45,882 bases of DNA from Candidatus Micrarchaeota archaeon (GTDB taxonomy: Archaea; Micrarchaeota; Micrarchaeia; Anstonellales; J096), in contig JAADEL010000030.1 of the NCBI GenBank assembly GCA_013153395.1, forward strand, positions 1 through 45,882, written 5' to 3'. This document shows positions 16,507 through 25,550 of the stretch, in pieces (the stretch's first letter is position 1; the number at the start of each line of letters is the position of its first letter). Made by a program: the position numbers and the translations under genes. Below the pieces are notes generated by a model that did no database searches, was not told the DNA's origin, and saw only the letters and a list, made by a program, of their open reading frames with translations.

Positions 16507-17985
16507 CTATTTTAAATCTATCACACCCAGCGCAACCCCGTAATCTATCCCAAAGCGTTCTAATACCTCTGGTTTTACGATTCCCGCCCAGAAATCATAT
16601 TCTCCGATGCGGCCGCTGTAGGCAAACTCATCCAAAAACAACCGGGGATTTTTGTTTTCCTCCGTAATCTTTACAGGGAGTTTCTCCTCTTGGGCCAAGG
16701 TTTTGAATACGCTCATATAATCCTCCACCTTGACAGGGTCCTTGCCTATAAGGAAGCCAAGCTGCCAGCGCTCTCCATTGTTGTATATCTTTCCGAGCTC
16801 TACGGTCTCGTGAGGGAAAGGCTCCCTTTTATTCCTAGCCTCCATCTCCAATAAAGGAATCTCCAGCCCAGGCCTTAGGGAGTTAAATTGCTCGGTAAGG
16901 GGATTTTGGATCTCCTGCACATTATCATAATACTCTTTAAAGAGGTTCTTATCCCCTAAGAACCAGGTATGGACCTCCCTGAAGCCCATTCTTAGGAAGG
17001 TATCGATAAAGGGCTCTTCTCGCACCTTTCCATAATGAGGAACAAAGTATTCTTGGGGGGTGATGTTTTCATATCCGTAGTTGATGGCTACTTCTTCTGC
17101 CACATCTGTCCAATCCATGAAATCCACACGATAAGGTGGAATGATGGCCTTCTGGCCATCGTATTCTATGCCTGATTTTTGGAGAAGCTCTTTATAGGGA
17201 GCTTGGAACCCTATCAGGCTTTCTATCTGGGAAGAAGGTGCTTCTATTTCATAGTATTTCATGGCCTGAGGATTATAGGCCCATACCTCCGCTCCATGGT
17301 CCTGGAACAAAGCCAACAATATATTCAACGTCTGCAAAAGGGCATGGGGATTGGTGCCTGTTATATCGATAAAAAACTGGGTTGTTTCCTCGGTAATCTT
17401 GGTCCTCTCGCTGTTTATTATGGGCGGAAAGGAAAGCACCCCCAAGCTATCCTTGAGCATAGGATAATGGCCTTCTTTTACAAGATGGCGATAGGCGATT
17501 CCCTTTTCATGCTCGTTTAAGATCTCTTCAATGCTGGCCTCTCTATCCCAACCTAGTGGAACAAACCTCTCCTCCTTTACTTCCTCGTAAATAATGGGCG
17601 GTTTGATCTTTCCATAGTCATGAATGCCGATGGCGATTTTCTTCCTTTTCCTTCCAAAGGTCTCGTGTATCTTTTCCTGCAAATCAATGAGCTCCTCTAT
17701 CAGCGAGGGTGAGGGCTCGGGAAGCTGGGCAAGCCCAATCTCAATATAGGGCCTCAATGAGGGTTTTTTGTTTATGAACTCTATGTCCCATTTCTGGGCA
17801 TAATACTTCCGGGGCTTTTCTCCTTTTTGGAGGGCAAGAAAGCGCTTTATGCCAGTGATGCTTAGTAGGTCAGGCCTGTTGGGGGTAATCTCAATCCAAT
17901 ATTCTCCATTTTCTTCCTCGGTGGGAAAACCCAGCTTATTGAGAAGTTCAACATCTACAGGTTCTTTGGTCTTAACTACAGCCAT
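16507..17985 (-). CDS. pheT: Phenylalanyl-tRNA synthetase beta subunit
   Basis: EITPNRPDLLS, LQEKIHETFGRKRKKIAIGIHD, SFPPIINS, PPYRVD..DVAEEVAINYGY motifs. Confidence 0.95.
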   Translation of the reverse strand: MAVVKTKEPVDVELLNKLGFPTEEENGEYWIEITPNRPDLLSITGIKRFLALQKGEKPRKYYAQKWDIEFINKKPSLRPYIEIGLAQLPEPSPSLIEELIDLQEKIHETFGRKRKKIAIGIHDYGKIKPPIIYEEVKEERFVPLGWDREASIEEILNEHEKGIAYRHLVKEGHYPMLKDSLGVLSFPPIINSERTKITEETTQFFIDITGTNPHALLQTLNILLALFQDHGAEVWAYNPQAMKYYEIEAPSSQIESLIGFQAPYKELLQKSGIEYDGQKAIIPPYRVDFMDWTDVAEEVAINYGYENITPQEYFVPHYGKVREEPFIDTFLRMGFREVHTWFLGDKNLFKEYYDNVQEIQNPLTEQFNSLRPGLEIPLLEMEARNKREPFPHETVELGKIYNNGERWQLGFLIGKDPVKVEDYMSVFKTLAQEEKLPVKITEENKNPRLFLDEFAYSGRIGEYDFWAGIVKPEVLERFGIDYGVALGVIDLK

Positions 17986-18007
17986 ATCCTCTTTTTTGTG
18001 GAAAGGG

Positions 18008-18015
18008 TTTTATAT
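18008..18015. promoter_or_regulatory. Shared TATA box (TTTTATAT), pheT / yqaA-like
   Basis: 22 and 21 nt from the two start codons. Confidence 0.7.
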
Positions 18016-18036
18016 GTTTCTTATGTTAGTTGAAGG

Positions 18037-18609
18037 GTGGAGGAAGCACTGCTGCTATTCATATGGGCTTTTTTTGAGAGTATAATATGGCCTATCCCGG
18101 TGGCCACCATATTACTGGGAATCGTTCTCAAGGATCCTAAGAACTGGTTTTTGTACGGGGCGGTAACTACCTTGGGCTCTGCTCTGGGAGGAACCTTTGC
18201 CGCCTACTTGGGAAAGCTCTTTCGCAAAAAGATATTGGAGGAAAAGGGCTTTTATTGGCTGAGAAGGGTAGTAGGAATAAATCCCGCTAATATCAAGGAG
18301 ATAGAACAACAATACCAGAAGTATGGAACATGGGCTATATTGCTAGGGGCGCTTACCCCCTTACCCTATAAACTCTTTACTTGGGTTTCAGGTATATTGA
18401 ATTATGATCTGAAGAAGTTCTTTGTGGTTTCGCTTATCTCGCGGGGAATCCTGTTCATGGGCGAGGCCTATGTGATAGCGGTGTTTGGAGAAGAGGTTTT
18501 CTATAAATACTTTGGGACGTTTGAGAACCTTCAATGGGTGATCTTTGCTATAGTGGCCATCTTGATAGTGTATTGGATAGCCAAACATTCTAAAGACTTT
18601 AGTTCCTAA
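18037..18609 (+). CDS. YqaA/DedA (VTT domain) membrane protein
   Basis: FFESIIWPIP, GSALGG, LTPLPYK, SRG motifs. Confidence 0.88.
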   Translation: MEEALLLFIWAFFESIIWPIPVATILLGIVLKDPKNWFLYGAVTTLGSALGGTFAAYLGKLFRKKILEEKGFYWLRRVVGINPANIKEIEQQYQKYGTWAILLGALTPLPYKLFTWVSGILNYDLKKFFVVSLISRGILFMGEAYVIAVFGEEVFYKYFGTFENLQWVIFAIVAILIVYWIAKHSKDFSS

Positions 18610-18610
18610 T

Positions 18611-19036
18611 ATGGATATGGATGAGGTAGATGAGCAGCTCATTTATCTTTTGAGGAAAAATCCCAAGGCCACCCTCCGAGAACTGGCTCGTATTCTCAAT
18701 AAACCCCTTTCCACCGTTCATGCTCGTATAAAACGCCTTAAAGAAAAAGGTATTATAAGGGACGCTTCTATCGAGATTAACTGGAAGGCATTAGGATATG
18801 AGGTGTTGGCTTTTGTGATTTTATGGTTAGAAAAGGATAAGGTAAAGCCCGAAGAGGCGTTAAGATTCTTGAAGAGCTTTGGTTTCGTGGAGGATGGATA
18901 TGTTCTGCTTTCCAAGGGAGATGTGGTGCTCAAGATAAGGGCAAAGAACATGGAGGAGCTTTATGAGCTTACCTCCAAGCTAAAGGCCATGCCCTATGTA
19001 AAAAATCTCGATATTGTGCTTGCCAAAGAGGTTTAA
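18611..19036 (+). CDS. Lrp/AsnC transcriptional regulator
   Basis: HTH ELARILNKPLSTVHARIKRLKEKGII plus a C-terminal RAM-like domain. Confidence 0.92.
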   Translation: MDMDEVDEQLIYLLRKNPKATLRELARILNKPLSTVHARIKRLKEKGIIRDASIEINWKALGYEVLAFVILWLEKDKVKPEEALRFLKSFGFVEDGYVLLSKGDVVLKIRAKNMEELYELTSKLKAMPYVKNLDIVLAKEV

Positions 19037-19527
19037 CAGGTTTTACAGATACCGAGGATCTTCTCCGCAGCCCATTGGATAGAAAGAAATATCAATCCCA
19101 GTCCTATCAAGCTTATCAACACCGAATATTGAGAAAGAAACAAGGCACCTCCCACTCCTAATAGGGCAACAAAAGGAGACAAGCATGCCACACAGCTGGC
19201 CGTGACCACAATGGTGGAGATCACCGCAGATACTATGCCCATTAAGCCTTCTTTTACCTCTATCTTCTTATTCTTGGCAGCCTCTCTGTTAGCATAGATA
19301 GACATCGGAATGGAGATGCCCGCAAATATGGTTAAAAGCCCGGCCAATAATATGTTCAAAGGCTCCTTAAGAAAGATATCCACAAAGGTGGAGATCCGGG
19401 TTTGAAGGTCGCCTTCCCCGGTCATGATATAAAAATTGAGGGCAAGTAATCCTAGAAACACCAACCAACCTAGGATTAAATAATGGGTACGTTTGAACAC
19501 CAGCTTCATTGCCAAAAGGTAATCCAT
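19033..19527 (-). CDS. Hypothetical 4-TM membrane protein with two CxxC motifs
   Basis: Hydrophobic segments, ASCVAC in TM3, C-terminal CKTC. Confidence 0.75.
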   Translation of the reverse strand: MDYLLAMKLVFKRTHYLILGWLVFLGLLALNFYIMTGEGDLQTRISTFVDIFLKEPLNILLAGLLTIFAGISIPMSIYANREAAKNKKIEVKEGLMGIVSAVISTIVVTASCVACLSPFVALLGVGGALFLSQYSVLISLIGLGLIFLSIQWAAEKILGICKTC

Positions 19528-19548
19528 GTGTGCATTATCAAAAGGTAG

Positions 19549-19556
19549 TTTTAAAA
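19549..19556. promoter_or_regulatory. Palindromic TATA box (TTTTAAAA) shared by divergent genes
   Basis: 21 nt from ATG 19527 and 22 nt from ATG 19579. Confidence 0.75.
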
Positions 19557-19578
19557 GCCTAAGCGCCCCAATTTAGGT

Positions 19579-19941
19579 ATGATTGATAGAAAACTCGAAG
19601 AAAAGATTGTAGAATACAACAAGAAGGAGGCAAAGCTTCTTACCCTCAGCGAAAGCCTAGCTCAGATGAAGGCCCAGTTGTTGGAGGTGGAAAGAACCTT
19701 GGAGGAGCTCTCTCAGTACGAAGAACCTTATGTGTATAAGCTCCAAGGAGGTATATTGATTAAGGTAAAGACGGAAAAGGCCAAAGAGGACTTGGAGAAG
19801 ATGAAGGCCTTGTTGAGCTCCCGTATAGCCGCTCTTGAAAAAGAGGTGGAATCCCTTTCTCAGGCCTTAGAAAGATTGAGAAAGGCCTTAGAAGAAGAAC
19901 TTCAACAATATCAAAGAGGAGGTCCTAGAGGAGGTGCCTAA
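19579..19941 (+). CDS. pfdB: Prefoldin beta subunit
   Basis: Coiled-coil / beta-hairpin (VYKLQGGILIK) / coiled-coil, 120 aa. Confidence 0.88.
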   Translation: MIDRKLEEKIVEYNKKEAKLLTLSESLAQMKAQLLEVERTLEELSQYEEPYVYKLQGGILIKVKTEKAKEDLEKMKALLSSRIAALEKEVESLSQALERLRKALEEELQQYQRGGPRGGA

Positions 19942-19970
19942 GGCCTCCTCTTTTTAAAAAAATAAAAAAA
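19927..19970. terminator. Putative bidirectional terminator between convergent pfdB and PRC-barrel genes
   Basis: AGAGGAGG/CCTCCTCT stem followed by a T tract and then A tracts. Confidence 0.5.
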
Positions 19971-19979
19971 TCACAAACT

Positions 19980-20216
19980 TTATTCTGTTCTCTGTTTTTT
20001 CACTACAATTACGTCGGCTACTGAGGCCACGTGGTCATAAAGGATGGATTTCTCCTTTAAGACCTTAGCTGCCTTGTCCTTGGAGGTTGGAAGAGGCTCT
20101 AGCAAGAGCCTTACCACGTAGCCCTTCTCCACATCGATGATAAGCTCCTGGACAGTGCCTAGGAACTTACCAGTATCGGTAAAGACCTCCATTCCATAAA
20201 GCTTAGAGAGCTCCAT
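19980..20216 (-). CDS. Single-domain PRC-barrel protein (CdpB-like cell division family)
   Basis: LYGMEVFTDTGKFLGTVQELIID and VASVADVIVV patterns; 78 aa. Confidence 0.85.
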   Translation of the reverse strand: MELSKLYGMEVFTDTGKFLGTVQELIIDVEKGYVVRLLLEPLPTSKDKAAKVLKEKSILYDHVASVADVIVVKKQRTE

Positions 20217-20226
20217 GTTCTCACCT

Positions 20227-20871
20227 TTATTTCTCCAGCTCCTTGAGCTTCTTGGCCACTAGGTCCTTTCCACCTAGACCCAAGGCCAATCCAATACCCA
20301 AGGCAATACCAGCGGTCAACAAGAGCACTATGGTAGATACAAAGGCCACGTTGGTGCTAGGGAAGATGGCTGGAAGTACTACTAGCACACCTAGGAGGAT
20401 CAAGAATCCCTGGATTCCTGCGGCCAACACATCGTTAAACTGGATGTCCTGTCTCTCTCGGATGCGGTCAGAGATGATATCTGCAACTAGCATCACAGCG
20501 GCCAAGAAGATCACTGCCTGCACAAACTGGGCATAGTAGGCTAGCAATCCTGTAAGCCATAGCTGGAGAGTAGGCATGCTGAGAGGACCTACTGCGATAT
20601 ACACTATGAGCAAGAACACATAAAATCCTATCAAGAAGGCCACTATATCCACTGGTTTTATTCCTATAAAGGCGTCCTGCACCTTGAGTTCCTCCAGCTT
20701 CTTATCTATTCCTAGCCCCTTCCAGGTCTTTCTCACTAGCTTCATAGCTATCCAGGCCACTATGTAGGCTATCACTAAGGCAATCACTAAGAAAAACGCT
20801 TGTACCAAGTATACCAAAGCACTCTCTAATGCTCCGGCTACTACATTCAAAAAGGTTTCTACGTAATTCAT
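20227..20871 (-). CDS. Conserved TM-helix (CmpX / MscS TM1-like) membrane protein
   Basis: About 5 TMs; C-terminal GIALGIGLALGLGGKD motif. Confidence 0.75.
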   Translation of the reverse strand: MNYVETFLNVVAGALESALVYLVQAFFLVIALVIAYIVAWIAMKLVRKTWKGLGIDKKLEELKVQDAFIGIKPVDIVAFLIGFYVFLLIVYIAVGPLSMPTLQLWLTGLLAYYAQFVQAVIFLAAVMLVADIISDRIRERQDIQFNDVLAAGIQGFLILLGVLVVLPAIFPSTNVAFVSTIVLLLTAGIALGIGLALGLGGKDLVAKKLKELEK

Positions 20872-20893
20872 AACTAAAAATTACTTAGGGATG

Positions 20894-20901
20894 TTTTTAA
20901 A
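20894..20901. promoter_or_regulatory. Shared TATA box (TTTTTAAA), CmpX-like / PGI-PMI
   Basis: 22 and 21 nt from the two start codons. Confidence 0.7.
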
Positions 20902-20922
20902 CCTATCGCCCAATGTTAAAAC

Positions 20923-21756
20923 ATGAGGTTAGAGGAAGTTGAACGCCGTTTTTCTGAGCTTCTTCACCGCTACATCCAGAAATGGGAGAAGATAGAAGGA
21001 ACGTTGAAAGAATATGAGGTAGGGGTAGGTATGGGAGGAAGCTCCATGGGCCTAAGAATATTAGAGGACCTAGGTCATATTACCAGGTACTCTACCTACT
21101 GGGAATGTCTTCCTTCCAAGCCCTCTAAAGCCCTTCTCATAAGCTACTCGGGCAACACGGAAGAAGTGCTTTCTTATCTGGGAAAGGTGGAACATCTGGG
21201 GATCACCGCAGGCGGCACCTTGGCCCAACATCCTCCTGTGCTAAAGCTCGACCAAGGCTATGTGCCTAGAGCCGGGGTAGTGGAGATGATACCCCTGTTA
21301 ATGCTGGGATATGGTGAAAAGAAGAGATTGGAAGAATGGATGGACTATGAATTGGAAGGATGGGAGGAGGTGGTAAGATATCTGGAAGGCGCACCTTATG
21401 CTATCATCTATGGACTCGAATACAATCATTTCCCTTCTTATTACATGAAAGCCTCGTTGAATGAGAATGCGAAGATGCCCGTTAGCTGGGCCCTTCTTCC
21501 TGAGGATAACCACAACGGCTTGGAGGGCCTTCCTTCCCACATACCTATTGTTATTCTCGGAACTCCCAACAATAAGCGGGTGAAAAAAAGGATAGCATTC
21601 CTCCAGGAGGAGTTTGGAGCCCTCCATCTAGAAGGCACTCCTTTGGAGCTGGCCCATCTCTCCCTCAAAGTGAGCTTGGAGCTGGCCCGGAAGAAAGGGA
21701 TTACCCCTGAGGACACTCCTCGAGTAGCCCGACTAAAAACATATTTAAAAGCTTAG
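20923..21756 (+). CDS. Bifunctional phosphoglucose/phosphomannose isomerase (SIS)
   Basis: GMGGS, SYSGNTEE, NENAK, PEDNHN motifs. Confidence 0.85.
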   Translation: MRLEEVERRFSELLHRYIQKWEKIEGTLKEYEVGVGMGGSSMGLRILEDLGHITRYSTYWECLPSKPSKALLISYSGNTEEVLSYLGKVEHLGITAGGTLAQHPPVLKLDQGYVPRAGVVEMIPLLMLGYGEKKRLEEWMDYELEGWEEVVRYLEGAPYAIIYGLEYNHFPSYYMKASLNENAKMPVSWALLPEDNHNGLEGLPSHIPIVILGTPNNKRVKKRIAFLQEEFGALHLEGTPLELAHLSLKVSLELARKKGITPEDTPRVARLKTYLKA

Positions 21757-21770
21757 CTCCTAAAAATAGT

Positions 21771-22520
21771 GTGTATTGGTTGTTTTTGCTGGGATTGGCT
21801 TTCGGGATAGAGTTGATAGAACCTGTTCAAAAGCCCATTCATGACGGCGAGATTATCTATGAGGCCAATCTTACACCTGTGGAGGAACTTACCCTGGCTT
21901 TCTCCCCTTATCAAGATGGAAAGGCCTATGATTATGCGGTGGTAGATGTCCCCGAAGGATGGAGGAAGATAGACTCTCCGCTCTATGCCAACCCCATTCA
22001 GGTTACTATTATTCCTTCGGAATTTGCCAAAGGAGAATACCTTATCCCTATCCATATCTACGATGAAGGAGGATTCGACAACCTTCCCAACCTCACCGTA
22101 TATGTAAAAATAAACATTGAACAAGACTTTTTCAACATAAGCTATCCTAGCTATATTGCTGGAAACATAAAACAGCCGGTAAGGTTTCATGTGAACATTA
22201 GTACGCGCACCCCTACCGTGTTCGTGGTGGAGGCCGAAAGCGAATACAACACCTTCAAGAAAGAGATTCTGGTAAAGGACTTCCACTCTCAAACGATTGA
22301 GTTTATCTATCCTGTCCCCGATTACTATTGGATTAATATTACGGTTTACCCTAAGTATGCATCCTCCATAGTAAAGGAGGGCAAGATAAAGGCCCACATA
22401 AAGGAAAGTTTCTTCGATGACCTGAGGAGCTTTTCCTACGGTATTTTGCTATATTATCCTACTCAGCTTCTCTCCAACGGCCTTATTTCCTTCTTCTACT
22501 CTCTTCTATCCATCTCTTGA
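21771..22520 (+). CDS. Secreted or membrane-anchored beta-rich hypothetical protein
   Basis: Short signal peptide, several N-x-S/T sequons, hydrophobic C-terminus; TATA about 20 nt upstream of GTG. Confidence 0.75.
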   Translation: MYWLFLLGLAFGIELIEPVQKPIHDGEIIYEANLTPVEELTLAFSPYQDGKAYDYAVVDVPEGWRKIDSPLYANPIQVTIIPSEFAKGEYLIPIHIYDEGGFDNLPNLTVYVKINIEQDFFNISYPSYIAGNIKQPVRFHVNISTRTPTVFVVEAESEYNTFKKEILVKDFHSQTIEFIYPVPDYYWINITVYPKYASSIVKEGKIKAHIKESFFDDLRSFSYGILLYYPTQLLSNGLISFFYSLLSIS

Positions 22521-23034
22521 AGGCTTCCTCCACTTTTTTGAGGACCTCGAAGTTTTTCTCCATCTTCTGGTTTATGATCGAGATAAGGTCTTCATCTATG
22601 GTAAGATGGGACAATGGAGCACTCATATACACATTTCCCATCATCTCGATCAGATAACCTACTCGGGCCCGGGAGACTCCTGAACGCTTTACTCCAATCT
22701 CCTTTACCAAATCCACCACATCCAACGCTAACTCCCAATCCTTGGCCATTATATGGAGGATAAAGGGCTCTACTCTCAACCATCCTTCTTTGGGTAGATC
22801 CTGGAGGTCCTCAAGTGAGATGGTGCGATGGAAGGTGAGATATTTTTCGCTATCTACCTTTCTTCCCCTATCAATAAGCACCATCACCCTTCCTGAGCAG
22901 GAGGAAGTTGTAAAGAGCCCGGGATGGCTGTTTATGATCTCAAGCAAAGGAATAATAGGAGGATCCACCTCCTTTTCCTCCAGATAATACTGGAGTTTCT
23001 TCAAGGTAGCCTCCTTTTTCTCCTCGAAGCTCAT
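22483..23034 (-). CDS. taw3: tRNA wyosine biosynthesis methyltransferase Taw3/TYW3
   Basis: VDPPIIPLL..IN, TTSSCSGR, EPFILH motifs. Confidence 0.9.
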   Translation of the reverse strand: MSFEEKKEATLKKLQYYLEEKEVDPPIIPLLEIINSHPGLFTTSSCSGRVMVLIDRGRKVDSEKYLTFHRTISLEDLQDLPKEGWLRVEPFILHIMAKDWELALDVVDLVKEIGVKRSGVSRARVGYLIEMMGNVYMSAPLSHLTIDEDLISIINQKMEKNFEVLKKVEEAFKRWIEESRRRK

Positions 23035-23669
23035 CCTCTCACCAGGGCAATCACCTCCTCCGCACTCATATAACCGTAGCTCTTGTTCTCATAGATGAGG
23101 GTGGGAAAGGAGGTGACATTATAGCGTTGGGCCAGATACTCGCCCAACCCGGGCAGCAACCCATCGAAAGAATAAACCCTCAACGAGATGTTCATCTCCT
23201 TCAGCTTCTCCCGAGCCTTGGAGAGCTCAAATCCTTGATCATGACACTTAGGACACTTCCCTGGTTCATTGGTATAGAAGTAAATGAGTTGTTTGGTAGG
23301 ATAGTTACATTCCTCGATAGCCTTTCTCACAATGAGCATATCTCGATATTCATACTCAAAATAGGTGTTCTTGAGCTGGGGATCTGTCTTTCCCTGCTCC
23401 TCCAGATATTGCAATCTCTCACCTATCTTCCAGCTCTCCTCTTCAAGCCGGGGAATAATATAAGATGTCATGTCGCAGAAGCTCTCATTCTCCAACAACA
23501 AGGCAAACTGGAGCACATTCAAGGATCCTGAGATATCCTGGGTTTTATCGATGAGATGGGTATTTATGGTCTCGGTATAAAAGATGCCGAAGATAAAACC
23601 AGCGATAAATATCAACAACGTGAGAACAAAGGCACTCAAGAAAAGGGCGGTAGAGAACTCCCGCTTCAT
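23031..23669 (-). CDS. Membrane-anchored protein with helical region and C-terminal thioredoxin-like CxxC domain
   Basis: N-terminal TM; IYFY...CPKC..QG; YNVTSFPTL cis-Pro motif. Start set at the ATGA overlap with the GT2 stop. Confidence 0.75.
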   Translation of the reverse strand: MKREFSTALFLSAFVLTLLIFIAGFIFGIFYTETINTHLIDKTQDISGSLNVLQFALLLENESFCDMTSYIIPRLEEESWKIGERLQYLEEQGKTDPQLKNTYFEYEYRDMLIVRKAIEECNYPTKQLIYFYTNEPGKCPKCHDQGFELSKAREKLKEMNISLRVYSFDGLLPGLGEYLAQRYNVTSFPTLIYENKSYGYMSAEEVIALVRG

Positions 23670-24955
23670 CTTGTCTCCCATACCTCTTCCTTTGAGAGCA
23701 ATTCTTTATAAAACACGAAGGGCCACACGATTACCCAGCCCACCGAGAATATGAACAAAAAGCCCAACACATCCACAATCTCCTTAAGAGAGATCTTAAC
23801 ATTGTGGGCCTTTTCTCGCATTAGGTTCACATAATAAACAAACCATGGCAGCATGGCCATCCAGAAGAATATCCCAATAAAGGTAATCGGTCCAAACCCG
23901 AATACCACCGCATCTGTTCCAAGCCTAAAGAACCAAAAGTTATTCTCCACCAAGAACAAAATAAAGGAAATGGACAAAGGCAGGATCTGAAAGAAGAAGA
24001 TGAAATCTAGCCAATAGGAAAACACCATAAAGTCTCCCCACTTCCAGTTCAAGAGGTCAAGGTGCTTCACCCTATTCCAGATACCCCCACGCACCCATCT
24101 TGTTCTTTGTTTTATGAGCTGAGAAAGTGTGGGTGGTACCTGAGTATAGGAGAAGGCATCCAAAGAGGACCTAATCTTCCAGCCATGCTTTTGGAGGTTC
24201 ATGGCAATCTCCTGGTCCTCTGTAAGGCTTCTCGTATCAAACAATCCCACCTCCATCAAAGCCTTCTTCCTAAAGGCGCTCAATCCTCCAGGGGTAACAT
24301 ACACGCTCTCAAAGGCCTCAAGCACCCGTCTATAAACCAAGATAATGTCATATTCAATGGCCTGCCACTTCTCTAGCATGTTCTTAGGGTCTTTTACGCG
24401 GACAGCTCCTGAAACACCTCCCACCTTAGGGTCCTTGAAGTAGGAGGCCAGCCTCTTTATAGCCTTAGAATCAATTATAGTATCAGAGTCCAAGGTTACA
24501 ATAATATCGCCTTTGGCATGGAGTATTCCATAGTTCTTGGCAGAGGCTGCTCCTCCATTGGGCTTGCGCAATACCCGAATAGGATATTGGGAGGCAATCT
24601 CATAAGTATTGTCCTTGGAACCATCATCCACCACGATTACTTCCAGCTTATCCTTGGGATAATCAGAATTCAGAATACTTTCTATGGTGGCGCGGATGTT
24701 TTCCCCCTCATTGTAGGCAGGCACAACAACCGAGACAGTGGGAAAGTAATCCTCCTTAGAATCGCGTTCCACTCGTTCAGGATCCTGGATATACTTGAGC
24801 ACGAAGATCATGGCCACAACTGAGATGGAGAAAAAGGCCAAGAAAGTAAGGATATAGGCAATCAGGGCCCCATACCCACTTAACACTGCTGCTGCTATAA
24901 AAAGCAGCACCAATGCAAGGAAGATCTTAGCGAGCGTTTTGCCTTTGAGCCGCAT
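23666..24955 (-). CDS. Processive GT2 glycosyltransferase (PgaC/IcaA/cellulose synthase-like)
   Basis: VPAYNE, DDGS, DSD, TED and QRTRW (D,D,D,QxxRW) motifs; N- and C-terminal TMs. Confidence 0.92.
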   Translation of the reverse strand: MRLKGKTLAKIFLALVLLFIAAAVLSGYGALIAYILTFLAFFSISVVAMIFVLKYIQDPERVERDSKEDYFPTVSVVVPAYNEGENIRATIESILNSDYPKDKLEVIVVDDGSKDNTYEIASQYPIRVLRKPNGGAASAKNYGILHAKGDIIVTLDSDTIIDSKAIKRLASYFKDPKVGGVSGAVRVKDPKNMLEKWQAIEYDIILVYRRVLEAFESVYVTPGGLSAFRKKALMEVGLFDTRSLTEDQEIAMNLQKHGWKIRSSLDAFSYTQVPPTLSQLIKQRTRWVRGGIWNRVKHLDLLNWKWGDFMVFSYWLDFIFFFQILPLSISFILFLVENNFWFFRLGTDAVVFGFGPITFIGIFFWMAMLPWFVYYVNLMREKAHNVKISLKEIVDVLGFLFIFSVGWVIVWPFVFYKELLSKEEVWETR

Positions 24956-25550
24956 CTTTCAATACCTTTAGCTTGATGAAGTTCTCCCTTTCCATTTCAT
25001 CTAGCTTTTGGAGGATTTTCTTGATATCTTCTTCTATTCTCGGGATAATCACATAATCCAGCGCGTTTACTCTTCGTCTTGTTTTCTTAAGGTCCTTGAG
25101 AAGTACCTTCAAGGAAACCTGGATCTCGGCCAGCTCTATCAGGGAGTATAGCAAGCTCCTGTAAATCTTTATTACCTTGTCCAGCTTCATGCTTCGAAGA
25201 AAAGGATAATAAGGAGGTCTTTCCTTGAAGGTGAACTTAAACTTAGGGATCTTCACACCCATGATGTTGCGTTCCTCTGCTTCTAGCTCATACTCTATGG
25301 CGTTGTACTTGGCATAGAGAAGAAGCTCTGCCTCCGTATACTGGAGGGAGGCAAGCTTCAGGGCCTTTTCAGCCTCTTCTATTCCCTTAAGGACTTCTTC
25401 TTGCCTTCCTTTAAGCTTCTTCAGGATCTCAAACAAGGTCATCACTAGTACATCCATCTTCTTTTTGAGCACTTTGTGCCCTTTTTTAGCTAGTTTGAGC
25501 TTGTTCTTTAGGCGCAACGCCTCCATGCGGGTAAATTGTATCTCGCTCAT
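24927..25550 (-). CDS. atpD: A-type ATP synthase subunit D
   Basis: [33 protein letters not shown] motifs. Confidence 0.96.
   Translation of the reverse strand: MSEIQFTRMEALRLKNKLKLAKKGHKVLKKKMDVLVMTLFEILKKLKGRQEEVLKGIEEAEKALKLASLQYTEAELLLYAKYNAIEYELEAEERNIMGVKIPKFKFTFKERPPYYPFLRSMKLDKVIKIYRSLLYSLIELAEIQVSLKVLLKDLKKTRRRVNALDYVIIPRIEEDIKKILQKLDEMERENFIKLKVLKDAAQRQNAR

Noticed and set aside
21753..22397. 214-aa minus-strand ORF
   Set aside because: Antisense to 21771-22520, which has a signal peptide, a promoter and typical composition.
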